Shown here piece after piece: positions 16,844 to 20,000 of a stretch of 20,000 nt of DNA; positions within the stretch are counted from its first letter, which is position 1; each line of letters opens with the position of its first letter. The notes beneath the pieces were generated by a model that worked only from the letters and a program-made list of their open reading frames with translations, was not told the origin of the DNA and ran no database searches. The stretch lies in IMG/VR virus record IMGVR_UViG_3300029787_000020; one strand, written 5' to 3'. The translations under genes and the position numbers were made by a program. Origin of the DNA: an uncultured virus (IMG/VR IMGVR_UViG_3300029787_000020). Its lineage: Duplodnaviria; Heunggongvirae; Uroviricota; Caudoviricetes.

Positions 16844-16989
16844 TGTTGGTTGATCTATCCAAAGAAGAACTACGGTCACTATGTGAGTTTATTTCTTATA
16901 ATAATGATATTGACAAGGAAATTGATTTGATATATGATAAGTTAAAGAGAATTTCAATTGCATGTACCTGTAAGGAGAAAATTAAATGA
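16843..16989 (+). CDS. Small hypothetical protein (48 aa), not in ORF track
   Basis: TAATG and ATGA overlaps; MLVDLSKEELRSLCEFISY... Confidence 0.65.
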   Translation: MLVDLSKEELRSLCEFISYNNDIDKEIDLIYDKLKRISIACTCKEKIK

Positions 16990-17198
16990 GTTTTAAAATC
17001 AAATTAAATGTGGATCGAACAGTAACAGACTTCTATCCAGGCCTGACACGTGCGGAGGTGTATAAAATCTCTGAGAAAATTGCAGAAAACTGGGATTACT
17101 CAACTCTGATTGATGAGGTGAAGACATTAATTGGTGAGTATGCAAAAGAGGATAAAATTGATTTGGAGGGTAAGGGTGGTGTTGTTCCCGAATCGTGA
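16986..17198 (+). CDS. Hypothetical protein
   Basis: AAGGAG Shine-Dalgarno; ATGA coupling. Confidence 0.7.
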   Translation: MSFKIKLNVDRTVTDFYPGLTRAEVYKISEKIAENWDYSTLIDEVKTLIGEYAKEDKIDLEGKGGVVPES

Positions 17199-17200
17199 GG

Positions 17201-17230
17201 TAGACAAACATGAGTGGAGTATGTTATAAT
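17201..17230 (+). promoter_or_regulatory. Sigma70-type promoter
   Basis: TAGACA at 17201-17206, 18 nt, then TGtTATAAT with the -10 at 17225-17230. Confidence 0.55.
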
Positions 17231-17375
17231 GAGTAAAGATATGACTGCAAGGGAAAAACTTATTTTTATTTCTTCTTTTATCTGGTTTCTACACTGGTCA
17301 ACATGTATTTTCTCACAACTTCTGGCATTGGCTATAGCGAACAACTCTGTAAAGACGTTGTTGATTGGTTTATAA
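17229..17375 (+). CDS. Small hydrophobic, possibly membrane, peptide overlapping the next gene (start 17229 or 17241)
   Basis: MSKDMTAREKLIFISSFIWFLHWSTCIFSQLLALAIANNSVKTLLIGL. Confidence 0.4.
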   Translation: MSKDMTAREKLIFISSFIWFLHWSTCIFSQLLALAIANNSVKTLLIGL

Positions 17376-17752
17376 CCAAGTTTCTACCAAGGCATAAATT
17401 ATACATTGATATTAGACATGATGATTTAAAGGTCTATAATGGAACTGGATTTTGTGATGTTTGCTCTGAGTACGGTGATATTCATCGGCCCAGAGACTTT
17501 GTAATTGATCTACAATCTCAGATGCCAAAGACATGGTATATTATTACACTTATACATGAACTTGTGCATTTAAAACAGATGGTGAGAGGACAGATAACAT
17601 ATAAGTGTGGTAGAATGATCTGGGATGGTATTCGAGTGACCGAGCTAGATTATGCGATCCAACCACATGAAATTGAGGCATATGACAGCGAGTGGCCCCT
17701 ATATCTTGAGTATATGTGGGATACAACTGGCAATTGGCACGGAGATGCATGA
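17303..17752 (+). CDS. Zincin-like metallopeptidase (HExxH)
   Basis: TLIHELVHLKQ with a downstream PHEIEAY third-ligand motif. Confidence 0.75.
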   Translation: MYFLTTSGIGYSEQLCKDVVDWFITKFLPRHKLYIDIRHDDLKVYNGTGFCDVCSEYGDIHRPRDFVIDLQSQMPKTWYIITLIHELVHLKQMVRGQITYKCGRMIWDGIRVTELDYAIQPHEIEAYDSEWPLYLEYMWDTTGNWHGDA

Positions 17753-17842
17753 TTACTTTTTTTTCTATTTTACTTATTTTACTCATAGTAATAATATATA
17801 CTATGAACAAATACAATCCACACAATTGAGGACACAAATACA

Positions 17843-18010
17843 ATGACTGAGAACAAACTCTATGAGGTAAGACAACTGGGAACAACTGGATGGGAACTTG
17901 TTGATGAGAGAGCAACCAATCTAACCAAAGAACAGTGTGACAATCAATTAAAAGAATACATGAATGATGGTGTCTCATCAGAGAGACTTAAAGTATTCAG
18001 AGTGGCATAA
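17843..18010 (+). CDS. Small hypothetical protein (55 aa), not in ORF track
   Basis: GAGGA Shine-Dalgarno; MTENKLYEVRQLGTTGWELVD...; TAATG overlap with the next gene. Confidence 0.7.
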   Translation: MTENKLYEVRQLGTTGWELVDERATNLTKEQCDNQLKEYMNDGVSSERLKVFRVA

Positions 18011-18420
18011 TGTATGAACCCGAAGTCGATGATTATGTAATCTGGACTACGGATTTGGGAATGAAACATGAGGGATGGGTTTATTTTAAATGTGATGTCA
18101 CTGATAATGACAAGAGGGTTAAGTTTAACTGGAGACCAGTACCAAGGTATATTACCATTGAGATTGGAACTAAACCTAAACCATATTGTGAAGATACAAA
18201 GATAGATCGTAATCATAAATTAATTCATGTTCTTCTGTTATGTTATGAAACTGAGTGGAAAAATCTCAGATTTGTAAAGAAACGAAAGAATAAGAATGAT
18301 GATACGATTATTCAATGGGATGAGGACAGTGGAAGAAAGGAATTTTACTCTCAAAACAGGGAAAAATTCATGGTGGATATGTATAAGTCACAGGAGGGAA
18401 GGTATGGAGATCCACAATAG
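18010..18420 (+). CDS. Hypothetical protein
   Basis: 136-aa ORF translationally coupled to the previous one. Confidence 0.7.
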   Translation: MYEPEVDDYVIWTTDLGMKHEGWVYFKCDVTDNDKRVKFNWRPVPRYITIEIGTKPKPYCEDTKIDRNHKLIHVLLLCYETEWKNLRFVKKRKNKNDDTIIQWDEDSGRKEFYSQNREKFMVDMYKSQEGRYGDPQ

Positions 18421-18596
18421 GGATTTTGTATCAAGCTCTGTTACATAATATGTTTAAAAATAGGTTTTAAATGGCTTTATAAATATAAAACTGTTTATTA
18501 TCTAATTCTCAATAGTGTGTTCTTATTGCGTCTCAATAGGGTGTTATTATTCTCACAATGGTTCTGATAAACCAGCCAGTCCTTGTGACCTAAGCG

Positions 18597-18625
18597 AGCG
18601 TAGCATGAGGATCGTAGGTTGTCAA
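18597..18625 (-). promoter_or_regulatory. Leftward sigma70-type promoter
   Basis: Minus strand reads TTGACA (18625-18620) - 17 nt - TGcTACGCT (-10 at 18602-18597). Confidence 0.45.
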
Positions 18626-18702
18626 GCCACAGGGCGACAAAATGTCACGGAAACTGCACAAAAATGCTAAAGTAGTATAAATATATTATTATCATATAAA
18701 AA

Positions 18703-18884
18703 CTCGACGAGATTTATACTTGACATCTCGACGATATTATACTATAATATACATAAGAACAAAATCTCGACTAGACATGAACGACTACGACGCATCAACA
18801 GTTTGGGACTACGAGATCTCATGTCATGATAATCTCGACGAGAATCATGCATACAATATGCAAGATACATATGATCTCGACGAG
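18703..18884. repeat. Five copies of the interrupted palindrome CTCG-A-CGAG and variants
   Basis: Copies at 18703, 18727 (CTCGACGAT), 18766 (CTCGACTAG), 18834 and 18876. Confidence 0.75.
18720..18748 (+). promoter_or_regulatory. Perfect consensus sigma70 promoter
   Basis: TTGACA at 18720-18725 - 17 nt - TATAAT at 18743-18748. Confidence 0.85.
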
Positions 18885-18941
18885 GAATATGCACGAGATA
18901 CACACAATTACACAGAGCTCGCATATACACATTATGCATGA
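18777..18941 (+). CDS. Small Asp/Tyr-rich hypothetical protein
   Basis: ATG at 18777 downstream of the consensus promoter; the track start at 18720 is the -35 box; no clear Shine-Dalgarno. Confidence 0.5.
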   Translation: MNDYDASTVWDYEISCHDNLDENHAYNMQDTYDLDEEYARDTHNYTELAYTHYA

Positions 18942-19046
18942 TTAGTGCGAGATATGTGTGCGAGACGTGTGCATACATTATGATACACATATAACATATA
19001 CATTACACTAGATACATATGTACTATGTGATACATTCACATATCAT

Positions 19047-19104
19047 ATTATAGCACGGATATTATAAAGAAAGCAATACCTATACCAGCCCATAGATTGG
19101 CACA
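19047..19104 (-). promoter_or_regulatory. Palindrome element copy 7, serving a leftward promoter
   Basis: TATACCAGCCCATAGATTGGCACA at 19081-19104. The minus strand has TTGCTT (19076-19071) - 18 nt - TGcTATAAT (-10 at 19052-19047), 28 nt from the palindrome. Confidence 0.6.
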
Positions 19105-19116
19105 TGACTTATATTC

Positions 19117-19153
19117 ATTCTCAATAAGGATTAGTTATTGAGAATATTCTCAA
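19117..19153. repeat. Overlapping TTCTCAATA/TATTGAGAA inverted repeats
   Basis: ATTCTCAATAA (19117-19127) pairs with TTATTGAGAAT (19135-19145); perfect 16-bp palindrome TTGAGAATATTCTCAA at 19138-19153. Confidence 0.7.
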
Positions 19154-19220
19154 CTATTATTTTATCGCAGGTGAAGTGACGAAGATTTTATAGATCGTAC
19201 CCTCGATCTTTCATGCTTCT

Positions 19221-19315
19221 ATTATAATCGATTTTGTATACATTTAAATGAATAGTATACCACTTTATATACTGGCACACTCATTCCCCTATTTTGGGGG
19301 ATCTTCTATTATAAT
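19221..19315. promoter_or_regulatory. Palindrome element copy 8 with -10 boxes on both sides
   Basis: TATACCACTTTATATACTGGCACA at 19256-19279; hairpin at 19285-19301 and TATAAT at 19310-19315 on +; TATAAT at 19226-19221 on -. Confidence 0.7.
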
Positions 19316-19338
19316 TGTATTATACAAAGGAGTTTTTT

Positions 19339-19676
19339 ATGCCTAACTGGTGCAGAAACAGANNNNNNNNNNTGGAGATCTGCCAAAGTTAGAACAGATG
19401 AAAAATCCTGATGGTTCGGTTGCGTGGGAGACTTACAATTTTCCAGATGGAAAAAATGATGATCGCTGGTATGACTGGAGTTATTCAAATTGGGGAACGA
19501 AGTGGGACGCATGTGACAAAGAAATCGAAGATGAGGAGGATTGGGCTGAAATAACTTTTAATACTGCATGGAGTCCACCCGAAGGAATATTTCGTAAAAT
19601 TAAAGATCATTTTCCAGATGTTGCTATAAGTTGGTTCTATGATGAACCAGGAATGGAAGTTGCAGGATATCTATAG
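19339..19676 (+). CDS. DUF1281/YubB-like ferredoxin-fold protein, interrupted by an assembly gap
   Basis: AAGGAG Shine-Dalgarno and MPNWCRNR before the gap; WYDWSYSNWGTKWD...FNTAWSPP...YDEPG after it. Confidence 0.8.
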
Positions 19677-19677
19677 G

Positions 19678-19732
19678 ACAGTTTAATTACTGGCACACTC
19701 AACCCCCATATGGGGTTTTTTATTGGTATTAT
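19678..19732 (+). promoter_or_regulatory. Palindrome-hairpin--10 element, copy 9
   Basis: ACAGTTTAATTACTGGCACA at 19678-19697, hairpin AACCCC...GGGGTT at 19701-19717 with a T run, and TGgTATTAT with the -10 at 19727-19732. Confidence 0.75.
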
Positions 19733-19760
19733 TAAAGAGTACATAAAGAACCAATTTTTT

Positions 19761-19982
19761 ATGAAGGATCCATTCCTAACAATCAACGGCAAAGATTATT
19801 CTCACAAGGATATTAATTTAGTTCGTGATTTCTTCACAGATGACCAGTGGAATGTAATCGACAGTGCATTATCTGAGTATCAGGATCACGATGAGGAATT
19901 TTTGCAAGAGCAGTTCGGATCATCTGATATTCTAACAGAGACCACGGACGTAATGTACGAAATTTTTAGATCCGCATATTAG
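19761..19982 (+). CDS. Acidic hypothetical protein
   Basis: The likely start is the ATG at 19761; the track start at 19710 is inside the hairpin. It is a single gene between elements 9 and 10. Confidence 0.7.
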   Translation: MKDPFLTINGKDYSHKDINLVRDFFTDDQWNVIDSALSEYQDHDEEFLQEQFGSSDILTETTDVMYEIFRSAY

Positions 19983-20000
19983 TGTGCCAATTAAATTAGT
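19983..20000 (+). promoter_or_regulatory. Palindrome element copy 10 (truncated by window end)
   Basis: TGTGCCAATTAAATTAGT lies directly after the stop codon and shows the full left arm. Confidence 0.55.

Noticed and set aside
18427..18445. TGTA...TACA as a second NtcA box
   Set aside because: The spacer is 11 nt rather than 8.
19339..19372. Frame discordance at the start of the DUF1281-like gene
   Set aside because: Caused by the N gap of unknown true length.
1190..19512. Minus-strand and alternative-frame ORFs in the track (e.g. 1190-1756, 4074-4361, 9592-9831, 17550-17978, 18742-18990)
   Set aside because: They are shadows of well-supported + strand genes, with no recognisable motifs.
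4851..20000. Dispersed elements interpreted as a CRISPR array or classical integron attC sites
   Set aside because: The intervals are whole genes of irregular length, there is no cas or integrase gene in the window, and the elements lack the RYYYAAC/GTTRRRY ends of attC.
1..20000. tRNA or rRNA genes
   Set aside because: No cloverleaf or rRNA-like sequence was recognised in the intergenic regions.

Overview
AT-rich, gene-dense fragment of a T4-like marine cyanophage (cyanomyovirus; a Prochlorococcus/Synechococcus host is inferred from a CP12 gene and tail-gene style), with three assembly gaps (N runs at 5158-5167, 15751-15760 and 19363-19372). All credible genes are on the + strand. 1-4837 is a late tail-fibre/adhesin block: a fibre C-terminus with an S74 chaperone domain, a GIGT-repeat fibre, a Gly/Cys-rich adhesin-like gene and a small Cys protein. 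4931-9101 is a translationally coupled operon of SF2 helicase, cytidylyltransferase, beta-class DNA methyltransferase, flavin halogenase-like and transglutaminase-like genes. It is followed by a ParB-like gene, CP12, a PD-(D/E)xK nuclease plus Dam-family methylase pair and many small acidic ORFs. The most striking non-coding structure is a family of about 10 dispersed elements: an imperfect palindrome (full consensus TGTGCCAGTT-N4-AACTGGCACA), a G/C hairpin and a TATAAT box 28-30 nt downstream. These elements usually begin right after a stop codon and divide the early region into cassette-like modules. Two near-identical copies bracket the nuclease/methylase pair, and one copy looks chimeric. 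Also present are several structured 5' leaders, a perfect NtcA-type box, and a largely non-coding hub (18420-19340) with divergent and convergent promoters and two further palindrome families.
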